From: Pelomyxa schiedti
Lineage: Eukaryota > Protista > Evosea
Length of the DNA stretch: 64,000 bases
Assembly (NCBI GenBank): GCA_020536535.1
Contig: JAHLWZ010000831.1
Span: 1 to 64,000 of the forward strand
Direction of reading: 5' to 3'
How positions within the stretch are numbered: the stretch's first letter is position 1; each line of letters starts with the position of its first letter. The notes below the pieces were generated by a model, which was not told the DNA's origin, made no database searches, and saw only the letters and a list, made by a program, of their open reading frames with translations. Below, piece by piece: positions 48,158 through 61,939 of the stretch. The position numbers were made by a program, and so were the translations under genes.

Positions 48158-51100
48158 TTACTGGGGAGAAGGACTTATGGATTAATGGACTGTACTGTAT
48201 AGTTATTGATGTATCTGGATCAATGAATGATGAAGCTGTTTTGCCTGGAAAAGGAGCCGATACGGAGTAGGCACTAATGCAGTTTTTTTTGCGTGTCACT
48301 AACTCTTTCAGGGTTCATGGACTCTCGGTACTAGACATTGTGAAGCACTCTGTGAAGACCATCATTCAGACTTTGTCTCCACATGATAGCATTTCTATTG
48401 TGTCTTATTCCACGAATGCTAAGATAGAACTTCCTCTCACGGTTACTGACGATGCGGGGAAAGAAACCGCCAATCGTGCACTTATGGCATTGGTTCCAGA
48501 AGGCCAAACCAATTTATGGGTATGCATAGACCCTCCCCACTGCACCTGTAACATAAAAAAGGAAGGACTGAAAACGGGACTTGATATTATGAGAGAAGCA
48601 GGACGGGGTGCCAGGGCCAGCTCCATTATGCTCCTTACTGATGGAATGCCCAATATTGTTCCACCTGGTGGGCATTTTGCTGCACTTGCTGAATACCGTG
48701 CAAAATACACCAACATTCCTGCAGTGATCAACACATTTGGGTGTGTAGAGTCTTAGAAGTATCTTGCTTACCTTTCATAGGTTTGGTTACACATTGGACA
48801 GCAAGTTGCTTATTGATCTTGCTGTCGAGGGAAATGGTTCTTATGCCTTTATTCCCGACAGCTCATTTGTTGGTACAATTTTTGTAAATTCACTCAGTAA
48901 CCTGCTTGCCACAATGGCAACTGAAGCACAACTGCTTCTTCATCCCCTGAATGGCGCAACAATAGTTGGAATACCTGGGATCACTCAGTCTTCAAGTGGA
49001 ACAGAAACAGTTGATGATTCCCCTCACGATGTACAGCTGGACCTTGTTTTTATTGTGGATTGCACTGGAAGCATGAGTTCCTATATTCGCGAAGCTCAGC
49101 AAAATATCAAGTCAATTGTTACTCAGATTGTAACCTCAGAACGAGCTGACGTTAGGGTTAGTGATCCCGGAAATCCAAAAACGACTCACACTTTTTCAGT
49201 TTGGCCTTGTTTCTTACCGTGATCATCCACCACAAGATTCATCATACATAACAAAAGTCTTTCCATTCTGTTCCACTCAGGCTGAGATGAAAGACGCAGT
49301 TGACACCATGTCTGCTAGTGGCGGAGGAGATGGCCCCGAAGCACTGGCTACTGGGATGCGTGACGCAGCGAGATTGGAATTCCGCCCTGCCGCTACAAAG
49401 GTGGCTGTACTTATTACAGATGCCCCTCCTCATGGTTTGGGTGAGAGTGGTGATGGGTTCCCTGATGGCGAGCCAAACGGCGTTGATCCATTGGCAGTTT
49501 CCCGTGAAATGGCGGCCGCCGGTATTGCACTCTATAGTGTCGGGTGTGAACCAGCCATAGTGAGCTGCGGACGAGCTGTAGCATTCATGCGGGCGATCGC
49601 ACAAATGGCCAATGGAGGGAAATACATTCCATTGAGAGATTCACGCCTTTTGAGTACTGCCATTATTGGTAGCTGCCGTGAAGAACTGTGTCTATATCGC
49701 TCAGCTTTGGCCATTCTCAACGCCTACCAAGCAAACCACGAAAACGTTGAAGCTACCGTGGCACAGATGAATAAAGAGGGTGTATTTGTGACAACACTCA
49801 ATTTTGAGGACCCTGATGCAACAAGATACGCAAGTGAAGTGGAAGCGTTCATTTCATCACCTAATCTTGGGGAAGCCCGTTCAAAGTTAAAGAGTGTTTC
49901 GAAACCTGCCAGTGCTTCTGCAGGCTCCGCGACAGTCAAAGTTGCGGAAGGAGAGCCTATTACACCCGATCTAGTTAGGCGTGTCGTAAAGCGCTATATG
50001 CCGGAATATAGCAAGCTAGTAGCACAAGCACTCGCTGCTGAACAGAGAGCAGCCCAGGCTCGCGCCCAGGCAGCACTAAAGCGGAAGGGTCTTCAAGCAG
50101 ATTCTCGAGGGTGTATTGTTCTTGATCACATTGGATCCCTCCAATACGGGCAAACAAAGGACGTTGTAGTACTACTCGATCATATGCCTTCTTCTTCACC
50201 CTATCTGGAAGTAACTCTTCGCCATAGCACCACCTCTGCCGCCGCACACGAAGTTGCCGCTACCGGCACAAGGCGAGATGCAGGTGCAGAGTTGGTTCTC
50301 CAAGAATGCCGTGCAAGATTAGTGGATGTTATAGGACAAGCCATGGAGGCAGTAGAAACTGGCAAAGGTGAAGCCGGCATTGCTGCCGCTCAGGATATCA
50401 TAAAACAACTCGAAAAGAGTTTCCTGGAGCGGCTTGAAACTCTTACACCAGAGGATTCCCCGAAGTTGGATTCCATGATACAAGATATTCAAGGACAAAT
50501 CACCGAGGCAACTTCCCGCATTGATTGGTATACACGGTGGGGTGTTCACTTCCTGCCATCCCTTGCAAGGGCACACTCTCTCCAGCTGTGCAATAACTTC
50601 AAAGTATCGCATTCAAATCCTCAGAGTTGCATCTCACCTTTTTTTTTTTTTTTTTTTAAATAGGATCCTGGCGTACAACAATATGGTGGCGCCGTGTTTT
50701 CCGAACAACGCGACGCGGCCGAAGCCATTTTCATCAAGCAGCCAGCGCCACCGCCCTCGCTCCTTCCCCCCAAAGTCGAACCGGCCTCAACGGCAACTGC
50801 CGGCACTTATACTGCGTCGTCACCCTCCTATGAACCAGCGGGCTATGACATGTCCTGCTACTATGACAGCTGCAGCGGCTGCGTGAGCAGCGGCTCGCTC
50901 GTTTTCCTGGACGGCGGCGCGAAGAAGCCCGCGTGCTGCATTCGCAAGGGCGACGTCGTCCTCACTTCCCTGAGCGGCGAGACGGCCGAAGTCAAGTGCG
51001 TGGTCAAGATGGTGTGCGAGACAGGCGTCGAGAGCCTCGTGCAGCTGAGCGGGGGCCTGGGCATTACATCCTACCACCCAGTCCACATCAGGGGCGAGTG

Positions 51101-51413
51101 GGTGTTCCCGTGCCAGGTGGAAAAGCCCACGTACAAGCCCTGCGACGCTGTATACAGCTTCGTTCTGGAGAGCAACAGCCGGGGCTCCGTCGTCGTCGGC
51201 GGGATAGAGTGCGCGTCCCTGGCGCACGGGATTGTGGGAGACAGGCGGGAGCACGCGTACTTTGGCACCGCCGCGGTGACAGAAGACCTAAAAAAGGCCG
51301 ACCCTGTTGGCTGGCAATCTGGGAGCGTGACCATTGGCGGGAACATGCGCTTCGTGCGCCGTTGCTCTGATGACCTGGTCTGTGGCTTGGTCCCTGTGTC
51401 CATTGCAGAATGA
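47938..51413 (+). CDS. Vint-type protein: vWA - inserted second vWA - Vwaint - Hint
   Basis: vWA1 IDVSGSM, GQTNLW, LLTDGMPN; vWA2 LDLVFIVDCTGSM, YRDHPPQD, GGGDGPEA; Vwaint WYTRWGVHFLPSL...CNNFK|DPGVQ; Hint G-CVSSGSLV...ITSYHPV...VYSFVL...CASLAHG. Confidence 0.9.
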
Positions 51414-51508
51414 AGCGTTGTTGTGTTGAGACCCAAGAAAGCAAAATAGAGAGTAGGTTTCTTTTTTTTATCTGAAAAAAACAAAAAAAAAAAAAAAGTC
51501 GAACGGCG

Positions 51509-54500
51509 ATGATGCACCACGGGCAAACTGGGCAGCAACAGCAGACTGCTGCTACGACGCAATCGACCACTGCAGCCACTAATGCCAAGATCTCGGCTGA
51601 GCAACAGCCGCCCGCTCAGCAGCCAACGCAAACACAAGCACAAGTTCAACAGCAGCAGCAACAGTCGGGTGTAGCGATAAAGCCACTTTCGTTTAAAGTG
51701 CGTGGAGTGAGCAAGGAAGTGCCTGGCTCGAAGGCGTCGGCTCTGTGCGAGCCCGACATCAGGACTTTTTGGAGCTCAAACTCGACTGCGAAGGAGATGG
51801 TCCTTTTGGAATTGTATTTTATCTTCCGTTTCACCGCCCAATGGCTACTTTCGTACTCACTTGTGTGACAAAGGGAGGAGACTTGTATTGTTTCGCAAAT
51901 CAAAGTTCATAACAAATCTGTTAATGACTGGGAATGGCTTGCTGCTTTATCACTGAAAAACGATTCCTATGTCAAATGTAGTGAAATTTTCCTGCTTCTT
52001 TTGGTGCCATAGTAAAACAAAACAACCCTAGTAAAACCTCGTTCTGAAGCTCCTCGAAAGGAAGTGGTTTTCACATTTCCTCCTGTGGCAGCAAAATTCA
52101 TCAAAGTGAACTGCCTTCGTGGGAATCCAATTTCTATCTACTAGTACTCCCTCATAGTTTGCGGTTGATTGTTGAGTTAGTCTTATAAGTTGCTAGTATA
52201 CAAGTTTTTGGAATTGAAGTTCCTGGCATGGTTCCAGAGTTTCAGCCAGTTATTGATACCTTGAGTGCCCTTGTTTGTAGTTCACGGTAATTGACTGTTC
52301 AGTTTGTTTTCATTTTAATCTGTGCACCGTATAGTGAGCAAGGAGAACAGCACCTTACACTTCTCCGTGAAATTTCCAAGAAACTTTCACCCTTTTCATT
52401 TTATCTGCAGGTAGTCTCATCCTTTCAACTAATACTCTCAAGACTTAAACATATGAACAGCAAGAAATTCAGGAAGCAAAAGCGGGTGATATGCATTTCC
52501 TTGGATCTTTAGCAGGTTGGGAACGCCTTACCTCCCAAAATGACACTTCTTTACAGGAGTTTACTATCCTATTTTGAGCGTCTGCTCTTTTCGTGACGAA
52601 CAGTCTGAAGGTTGTAAGGCAGTGAGTTCAAGACAAACTAATGCTATTCTGTTGGGACAGAACGCCCTATTCTGCTTAAGAAAGGAAAAACAGAGCCATC
52701 CCCAACCCTCCAGGCACTCCAAATAATACTTTACTTTTCATGTAAAACTTGCTGTCAGGCCCCATTTATTCTTTCTGTTCTCCGCGAGACACGAACCTCT
52801 GTTCATCTCCACCATATTTCCCAACGCATTTCTGGGTTGTTGCCTACTATTCAGTCATCTAAATCTCCTCAAGTAATAGTGTTCTAAGTCTCAATGACAC
52901 TATATCATTAATGACAGATGTCAGATGACCCACAGCAGCAACAAATCGAAGCATTACTAAATTTGTTGTTCTGTTGTTACAGCAATCCACATTTTTCTGC
53001 AACATTTGCAGGTTTTTGGTTCTACTCTGACATTCCAGTTAATTTCTTTCTAGAGCTTAGTGATGATATGTTCAAAAAAATTTTACCTCTCATAAAAGGC
53101 CTTCGAACAAACTTATCTGTGCCACTTAAAAATATTGAAGCCTCTCCATTTCGCATCACTTTGTCCCAAGAAAATGAAACTGTAGGTTAGACAAATAGAA
53201 AATGTTTGACTTAAAAATAGGCATTGAGCACATTGCTCATTTTTATGACCAACATTACCTGCATTAACTTACTTGATAAGTTTACTCCATATCTCGATTC
53301 ATCGTCAGTGCAAATGCAGTCTGCTGCAAGTCTTGCACTTTTCCTTTCTGTTGGTTAGCTTTATCTCTTCTGGGGCTCTCTTACCAGATAAATAAGGACC
53401 CCTATCCACCAACCTCCAGGAAATCCAGAACAAATCTGAGATTATCATTGAACTTCTGAAAGAGTTCCTACCACTGCCAGCTGATAAATATGCAGTAGAT
53501 GTGTTACTGTTCCTTAAGTTGGTGAATATCTCTAGTCTCAGTAGGATTTTTGTAACATTTTATTGCAGATATTGGCAGGTTGTTTTGACAGTCATTTAGA
53601 CAAGTTCCTTGCATCAAAAATTCAAGTTCTATTTTTATTTCCGTTTTTGCGCATCCCTCTTGCTCTTCCTCTACTTCTTCCAAGTCTTGAAGATGGGTTA
53701 CGGAGCACTGCTGAAATACACATAAATAGGACTATGTACATACTGAATTGTGCAGTATCCCACAGTGCCCTTCTACCCCAGATTGAGCAGGAACTCTTGG
53801 AAAAACATGTCGACTATTCATCAGCTTTTGCTTCGATTGCTCCCAGCTGCCAATTACCACTGTATGTGACTTAAGTGTGGAAGTTTACTCAAACTACTGT
53901 AAACTACCACAATAACACGGGAAAAAAGTAACAAAACAAAGTGGGGCAGGGCTAGTGGAATTAGAGGTGACCACCGGAAAGACTGCAGGTCGAGGGTGGA
54001 TGGATATGCTGCCAGCGGCTCACGTTTCTCTGAATAGCCTTGAGCAGCGTGCATTGGCTATTTTGAAGGACCCAGATCTGGTTCACCCAAGCACACCCCT
54101 TGATTCCATGTCAAGTGAAGATGTGGATGTCTATGTTCTTCACAAGTACAGAACGTTTTGTTACATGATACTGTTAGTTAATTGTTGTAGTTCTTCTGTT
54201 CGACATGTCAAAGCAGCACAACTTGAAAGAATTGCCCAGAGGCTTCACACAGCAGGTTGCTCCAATATTGCCAGCCCTTTTGGTTCAACCCTTCCCCAGG
54301 CAATAAAGAATCAATTGATATGGCCATACAAACGATTTTGTCTGCCGCCGAATGTCACATAAATCCATATTTCCTGGTACGGCCATTGAATCAAGAATTA
54401 CTAAACTAGTGACTAGGCCAATTTTCCATCTTCCCTGAAGGAATTGACTTCAAAGGACTCCAGCCTTACGGTATCAAATTGGGTTTCAGCTTATTTAATC

Positions 54501-57500
54501 ATGAGAAAGGAACTCAAATCACTTGAAGAATCTCGGGATGTGTCCGTTATGAGCCTCCTTCTACTTGGTGCAGTGTGGGATGATGGCAGTATAAGAAAGG
54601 AGGACGTACTGTCCCTTCTAAATGGTGATGCTGATATGGGCACTATCATCCGTCAAAACCAAGAGCTCCTGGGGAATTTTTTCATGAAACGGCTAATGCT
54701 CCCCTCAGCACCTCTCACCGAGTCTTTGATCTCTAGTTTCATGTGTGGATGTCATGCAAGTCCCTTTTCATGACATATTGAATAGATCATTTCTTCATTG
54801 GGCAACACCAAAGAAGTCCTATTACAATCAAGTGATAAAAACCATTGTAGAGTGTTCCAAGAAATTCGACACGTTGATCGGATTGACCAATGTGAACATA
54901 CCCTCATGCACTCGTCTCTTCAGATTAATTACTGATTTAGTTCACACAGCATCAATTTGTGACACAATAGAACCAATTGGTGTGCTCTTATTACACAAAG
55001 ACTTCGTTCAATGACAGGGGAAACCAAAAAGAATGGATAAATGCCATAGATTCAATAGCCACTAGCCCTCACATAATGGTACATTACTTTGGATGGTGTG
55101 CTGTGAGTGGAGCTTGGACACAGTTTCCACATACAGTTATGAGTGTTGCCCTGCCTTCACTGTCAGCTGTTCTTCGGGTAATATTTCTCTTTTTTGCGCT
55201 GATCAGTGACCTAGTTCAGGTGTACTCAGATTCCTTATATCAGCCCCAGTTCGATGCAGTTAGAAGTACAGAAGCTCTTGCACCAGTAACTCTGTTCCAT
55301 CCCTCTTTTAATTGACATACATTCAGGAACTGAAGCCCGAGTTATTGAAGATTGTCCCCAATCTCCTCACCAATTTTAGTGGATTTGCCAATGAGATTAT
55401 GAAAGCAACCTGCAGACTGATAGAGGAAGCCGATGCTTGTGAGGTCTCACTGTTGGTGTTGAAGACAATCGTATGTTACTGAATTTTTTCAGGTTCCGTC
55501 TTTGTTGACCTGGGTTGGAGGACTATATGAGCAATTTGTAACATCCAACGAAACCTATCAGACAAAAAACTTTTCTTTTGTAGCTCGAGCATTGTTAGAG
55601 CAGATAATTAAGTCTCACACTGTTCATGTGGCTCACGAGATTCCCAATTTATTATGTATCTTCAGCTGAATTTTATCTTTTTTTAACACACCCAAAAGCT
55701 GTTGTTACTTCACTGTGTATTTGTCCTTGGATAACTGTAGATGTTGTCTCCCGGTTGCTTGACATAGTTAAACCAATTTTTAATCAGTTACCTTTCCTCT
55801 AAAGCATCTTTCCTCTTTAACAACGCAATAAAGGCATAATAAATCCGTTGGCTCCGCTTTTGAGATGAGTTCATTCTCTGAACTACTCTCTGCATTTGAG
55901 AAACATCCTCATTGTGACCACTTATTATTACTTGTGGCGACAGTCTTTGCAGATCTGTCTGAGGAGAAAAAGCAAATAGTATGGGAGGGTTTTCCTGATA
56001 AGTATCTCACATGAGTAAAAAAAAAAAGATTGTTCATATCCTCAATGTGTGGATCTCGAAAGAAAGATGGGATGGAGAACTTATCTGGGGCAGACTGAAA
56101 GGAAAATTCCTTTTCCTTATGCACAAAACGTGAATATGCACATAGGTTTTCATCAACTGTTTTCTGCGTCTGTTGGTTCTGCTGTTAATGCTACCGTACT
56201 TCAACCACTTGTCTTGCCCTTGTGTAAGTTAGTGGAGCCATTTTGGAGTACTTATAGTCAACTTGCTGATAGCATGATCCAAGTAGGGGCAAAACGTAAA
56301 CAAAAAGAATTCTTACGCTTCAATTGAGGCAGCAGTGGAGTGTGTTACTTCATTTGGTCTTCCCGAGTTTTGGACATCTGTACAAGTAGTATTAAGTTGG
56401 TGCCAAGAATTGCAGGCCATAAAAAAATGGCACTGCTCTGGAGCTCTTCTGTGCTTTACAATTAAAGCTACTGGTAACCAGCCTCACAATATCTGTCGTT
56501 CCTTAACAATTTCAGTAAATATTATGCAATCCAATGCACCTAAAAATGGGATACCCTCTGAGGTTTCATTTTGCCCAAGTGGCACTACTTTTCATTCTCC
56601 GACAGATCATTGAATTATATGCAAAATGTTTGTCCAGTCGCTCCATGCAAGCACCACGCCTCAAGTGGAGACAGAAATCCATTATTTATATGCAAGACCT
56701 TCTCAGACCAGAAACCCAGATATCACCTCCTTCACTGGTACCCTCTTTTACTGGAAGAAAAACCTTACATGCCTCAAGACGCATTTTGTTTCTGTTATTC
56801 AAACCGCTTTAGAGCACCCAGAACCAGAACTGCGGGAGGCTGGCCTTCAACTAATTCTCCACTCCATTGAAACGCTTTCCCCCAACCTTGGTACATTGTC
56901 AGGGTATATTCCATTTCTCAAACAACTCCAAGGGCCTATCAGATCTGTGTGGTCATGGGTGTTCAACGTTGCCTTGCTTGACAATTTCCCAAAAATTCGA
57001 ATGATAGCGCTTACGGTCATAGAACGCGTGTGTATTATCTCTCTTGCCACCCTTCTGAGAAATGTCAGTTCCTACCCTTTATTTTGACTGAGGAAATCTC
57101 CGTGTTTTCCTTGACTTTCTTCAAACTTTGCTCCGAGTTGCTAGTGCAAGGGCGACCTAGTATAACCTTCGTTTAGAGACATAAGACTAATCAAAACTAG
57201 ATTCCATGTGTCATTCTCGTATTGGGCTCGAATTACTTGCCATGTTCATTTGTCATCACTCTGAGATTGTAACACAAATTCCAATATCACTGTGGGAATC
57301 TGTTAAGGTGCAGCAGATCTTTCACCAATTTCGGTTTTTTTTAAAAAAAAAAGTGTGTCCAAGAAAGAGTTCCTTCCTGTGCAGCTTTGGCTGGAAAAAT
57401 ACTACTCACTAAATTAGGTACATCTCCTCCTACATGTAATTTGTTTGATTCTTCCAGATCCGAAGTGCGGCTCCATTGTCACTACAGATATAAAAGCACC

Positions 57501-58941
57501 AGTAAGTAGACCCTCAGAAATATTGGACCCTGAAACTGCTGAACTGAGAGATACAATTTTACGGTTGGTCTCATTGTAATTCTCTGATGTTTACATTTGT
57601 TTTCCAAAGAGTTGTGGTAAAGTACCAGGCTGAAGATAAACTAGAAGCGGGAAAGAAAATAGATGTAAAACGGCTGACGCTTTACGCTCAAGAAGCAGCT
57701 GTTGAGCTCTCGATAAGAAGGACACCTCAAAGCGAAACTGTTTCTAACGATTCTACCTGTGAAGTATCAAATAAACACGTTCCTGAGAAAACAGAGTTTC
57801 CCTCAAGGTATCTAGACGGGGTAGCAGGCACCTAAACAGTTTACAGAGAAACTCTTCTTCTGCGAATTCAGTCATTAGAGAAGGAAATTGAGGAGGAAAA
57901 CAAGTGCGAGTACCTTTTCTGAAATACCAATAACAAAATTACAGCCGAGAACTTATCAAACGAGTGCAGAAAAGAATTGTGCTTCCTTTTTTTCCTCTCC
58001 CTCTCTTAAGACATGATTTAGGAGCTTGATACCATTCTAACACATGAAAGGGAGATAGAGTACCACAGGTATGTTTCTACAACAAATCCGTTATTAAAAC
58101 ACTCATTCGCCCTTCAGGCAGCAACTACGTAAACATGAGGCACTCCTTAGGCTCCGCCAAGAGCAAGAAACAACGGCTCTGAAAGTATGCTCAACCCATG
58201 ACTGACAGGACTTGTTAATTCCCACACAGGATATTGAACGACAAATCGCTATTGAGGAGGAACGGGAAAAGACGAAACAACTCAAACACAAAGTTGACAT
58301 GGACTCTGAGCACCAAACCCAACTTCGCCTGGAAAGGAAAGCCACTGCAGTGTGCTTCCAACAGAAATTATGTGTGCCTGATACTTTTTAGCCAAGAGAA
58401 CGAGAGCAGTATAGTGCACGTGCTAGAGAGCGAGAAAGGGAGAAAGAAACAGTTCATATACGTCAAGAGCCTGCTATAACAATCACAACAACCCTTACTC
58501 CAACGGTTGATATGGGCCAACTACAAATGCAACCATCTGGGTGCATCAGCCCTCCAATTTCCACATCTACCCCACCACCAGTACCTTCAGCCCTGCCAGC
58601 ACTTCCACCAACACCCCTTCAAACACAGGCCCAGCCAGTAGTTCTCACAACAGGTAAGAAACACCCCAAATGGAAATTAAAACCTAACAACAATAAAGGT
58701 TCAATACCTGAGGATGCAGATGAAGGTACTTACTTTTTTTTATTCCTTTAACTCAGTGAAAATTAGATACGGACTTGGTGCAACCAGTTCAATCATTCCA
58801 GCCATATGGTCAAATACCAGGGTAACCCCACTTCCAACCACTGACATCCAACTTATTACGCTACATAGGCAAAAAGTTACCGTGACAAAAACTTCGCGCC
58901 GAAGAGCACCCGACCCTCGCTCAAGGCCAAAGAACCTCTGA
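51509..58941 (+). CDS. Large protein with an N-terminal galactose-binding-like domain, ARM/HEAT body and coiled-coil/Pro-rich tail (may be more than one gene)
   Basis: IKPLSFKVRGVSKE...RTFWSS...LLEL, HNKSV, PRSEAPRKE, CLRGNPI, PEFQPV; more than 30 co-oriented short exons follow. Confidence 0.7.
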
Positions 58942-59025
58942 GGATAGATGTTCGAAATCATTTATTTTTTCTATTTTTCTATTTCAAACGAAAAGCAGTT
59001 GCTAGATTTAATTAAATCGCCGGCA

Positions 59026-60205
59026 ATGGTACGACACTCAACAACACAGTGGCAGCAGTTCCCTGCGGCGATAAACAAACAAAAAAGCTTTGTGTTGGTG
59101 TCACATCTCAATAAAAATGGTAGATCCGAAGACAAACGCGGTTAAGGCGAGAATACTTGTTCAGCAAGAGTGTCCATGGCAAACAAAAGATGGGTGTAGA
59201 TAGGAGGCAGATGACCCACAGGGAACTTGCTGGTATCGCTGCTGTTCGTTCATCGTAATACTAACCCCTTTTCTCCCCCTTTGTGTTTTTCTTAAATTAC
59301 AGAGGGCAAGAAAGATGAACTGAAGTTTTTCAAACTCGGCAAACCTTGTTTGTATTCTTAACAAATGTAATTCCGATTTTCACTTTCTCTCCCTCAAGTG
59401 AGACATATCACTGACGACAGTGAGTATGCCAACGCTGGAATTAGGAATCCCAAAATTATGATTACCACAGCACACGAGCCCTCTAACACCTTGCGCCAGT
59501 TTGCCAAGGTAAATAACCACGCTTGTGTACCGGTACCCTGAAACAACCAAAAGGAAATGTCCAAAGTCATTCCAAACTCTTACAGTTTCAACCGCGGCCG
59601 CCATCCCATCAAGGAATTGATACAAGCATGCAGAGAGAATGATGTAACAGACTTCATTCAACTTTTTGAAACCAGGGGCGTGCCCACATCCATGTTTGTG
59701 AGTCACATGCCACTTGGTCCCACTGCATATTTTGGATTGTGCAATTGTGTCATGCGGAAGGAAATGGAGAATCCCCCGCCAATTTCTACCCAATACCCAC
59801 ATTTGGTCTTCCACAACTTCACCACACCCCTTGGAAAACGGGTAATTTCACCTTCAAATTGCTTTTGCTCGACTTTTATTGACCCATTACTTCCAGGTAA
59901 CAACAATATTGAAAAGTCTCTTCCCTGTTCCAAAAGCAGACAGCAACCGCACCATTTCATTCATCAACCAAAACGACTACATATCTTTCAGGTAACGCAA
60001 GCATAGGAAGACTTGTTTCTAATCTGCACCCAGACATCACCTCTACAAACACGACGGACCTGACATAGCATTGACCAATGTGGGCCCGCAGTTCGAACTC
60101 AGGCTGTTCCGTATCACGCTAGGGACCATCGATGACAAAACCGCACAAGTAGAATGGGTGCTACACAACTTCATGAACAGCACCAAATCTGCTGTACTAC
60201 TGTGA
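59026..60205 (+). CDS. IMP4: U3 snoRNP protein IMP4 (Brix domain)
   Basis: M|IRRQTRLRREYL, DSEYANAGIRNPKIMITT, NRG, ETRGVPTSMFVSHMPLGPTAYF, PHLVFHNFTTPLGKR, VGPQFELRL. Confidence 0.93.
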
Positions 60206-60422
60206 AGTAAGCTTACAGAATAAAATAAGCACCCCGATCTTTTCCCTCAGAGAAAATGATCACCTGGTGGGTGTTTTTTTACGGAATCTCCTCACCAACA
60301 CCCCAGAGAGGCAACTCTCCGCCCCTTTTTTTTCTCTGTCCCTTCTCCGTCACCCGTTAGTGGCGAGAGGTTTTTATCCACCACACTTAAAAAATAATTA
60401 GTTATTATTTAAGTAAGCTGAT

Positions 60423-61842
60423 ATGCGATCCTCATTGCTTAGGAGTACTGTGGTTGTGTGCGTCCTCGTGGCTGCCGTTGTTACTCCAGCATGCAGTAGT
60501 AAAATCGGCATCATAATAAGTGATTGGGGTGAAGCAGACTCGTGTGACCAAGTGGAATCCTTCACAAAGGTATTCACTTGTTTGGTACTACTTTTTTTTT
60601 TTTTTCCCACTAACTTGGCATCGTTTAATCTTGAAGGCTGTAATGGCGAGCCCTGTCATTGATCAGGACTCTATCCCTCCCGAGATATTCGCAGATATGA
60701 TTTGGGCTACTGACGGGGGAGACATTATGGCCGAGGTATGAAGCTTTTGTGCCAAAGTGACTCATTCATTCCTCAGTATTTGACGTTCAATTGTGATACA
60801 AAGTTCACTGCAAATACTGTTGCTAGGGCAAGTGTTATGGATTCGTATCTCAGCTCTTTAGGTTACAATGTGAAAACCTACGTAGGTATCTAAAATGTCG
60901 TGTTACCACAAAAAAAAGGAAATTGGCCTGTAGTACTAACTTTTCTGTTTTCCCCTTGACAAGGTTGGCTTTACACTTCACCATTCCTTGAGGATGTGAT
61001 GCTCCAGGCCAAAGAAGATGGCGTGGACACCTTTTACATCACAACCCCTGAGGTGCAGTACAGTACCCTCATTGGTGAACTTGCGTGGAATTCCTCCCGT
61101 GATATAGCAAAGAAGTACAACTGGTCTGATGTACACATTTACGGGATTCCGACATACTATGACGGTAACAGTTAGTATCTCACAGTGTAAACTTATTATC
61201 CCAAAGACATCGATTACAACACTTTCTTGCAACAATGGATTACCAATGGTATCTCCAACTCATTCCCATCAGTGGATCCTTCAAAGGTTAGTCCCTCCCA
61301 ATTTCTGGCACAAGTAATGTTCTGAAGATATGTGTATTACTGACAGCCCATGGAGTTCCAGAGTCTGACACATTGGTTGACCCCTGGGTCAATCAAACAC
61401 TGTACACTTTCGATCAAGCCAATACTGCCCTGACTGAACTGGGTTATTCCGTGTACTTTGGGTGGCAAAATCATGGAGTTCTTTGGACACAACCTACCGA
61501 CATGGTATTCTTCCATCTGCGCAAAGTGCATTTAAACTCCTCTCCAATCAACCCAATCATATTTTCCCAAACGTAACAAAATATTAGGACCAGGCTAAGG
61601 AGATTGGGAAAGCACTATGCCCATATGCGGTTATCTCTGGGGCGATCACTTTCACTGTTGACTGTTCAGAGACCCTGTATGATGGTGTATATGCCCAAAG
61701 AGGCCAGATACTGGCAGTTAATCCAAAAAAACAAGTCTCCGTACTACCAAACTTCAATGATGATTCTGCCTGGGCAACTTTGGTTGGTGCCATAATGGCC
61801 GACTTCATCAGTGGCCAAAAACCAGTTGTACTTGTATTCTAA
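60423..61842 (+). CDS. Ferrochelatase (HemH/CpfC class II chelatase)-like protein with a predicted signal peptide
   Basis: KIGIIISDWGE, GLYTSPFLED, VLLTAHGVP...DPWVNQT, FGWQN..WTQP, FTVDCSETLYD and PNFNDD follow the ferrochelatase motif order. Confidence 0.75.
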
Positions 61843-61939
61843 AGAAGATAAAAAAAAAAAAAGAAAACCCTTTTTTTTTGGAATTGGGTTCTCTAAGTGT
61901 TGACAGGAATTCAATCGAAGAAAAAAGTACAACAAAAAC

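Noticed and set aside
58850-58941. Possible capping-protein-interaction motif at the end of the large ARM protein
   Set aside because: It only loosely fits LxHxTxxRPK; insufficient support.
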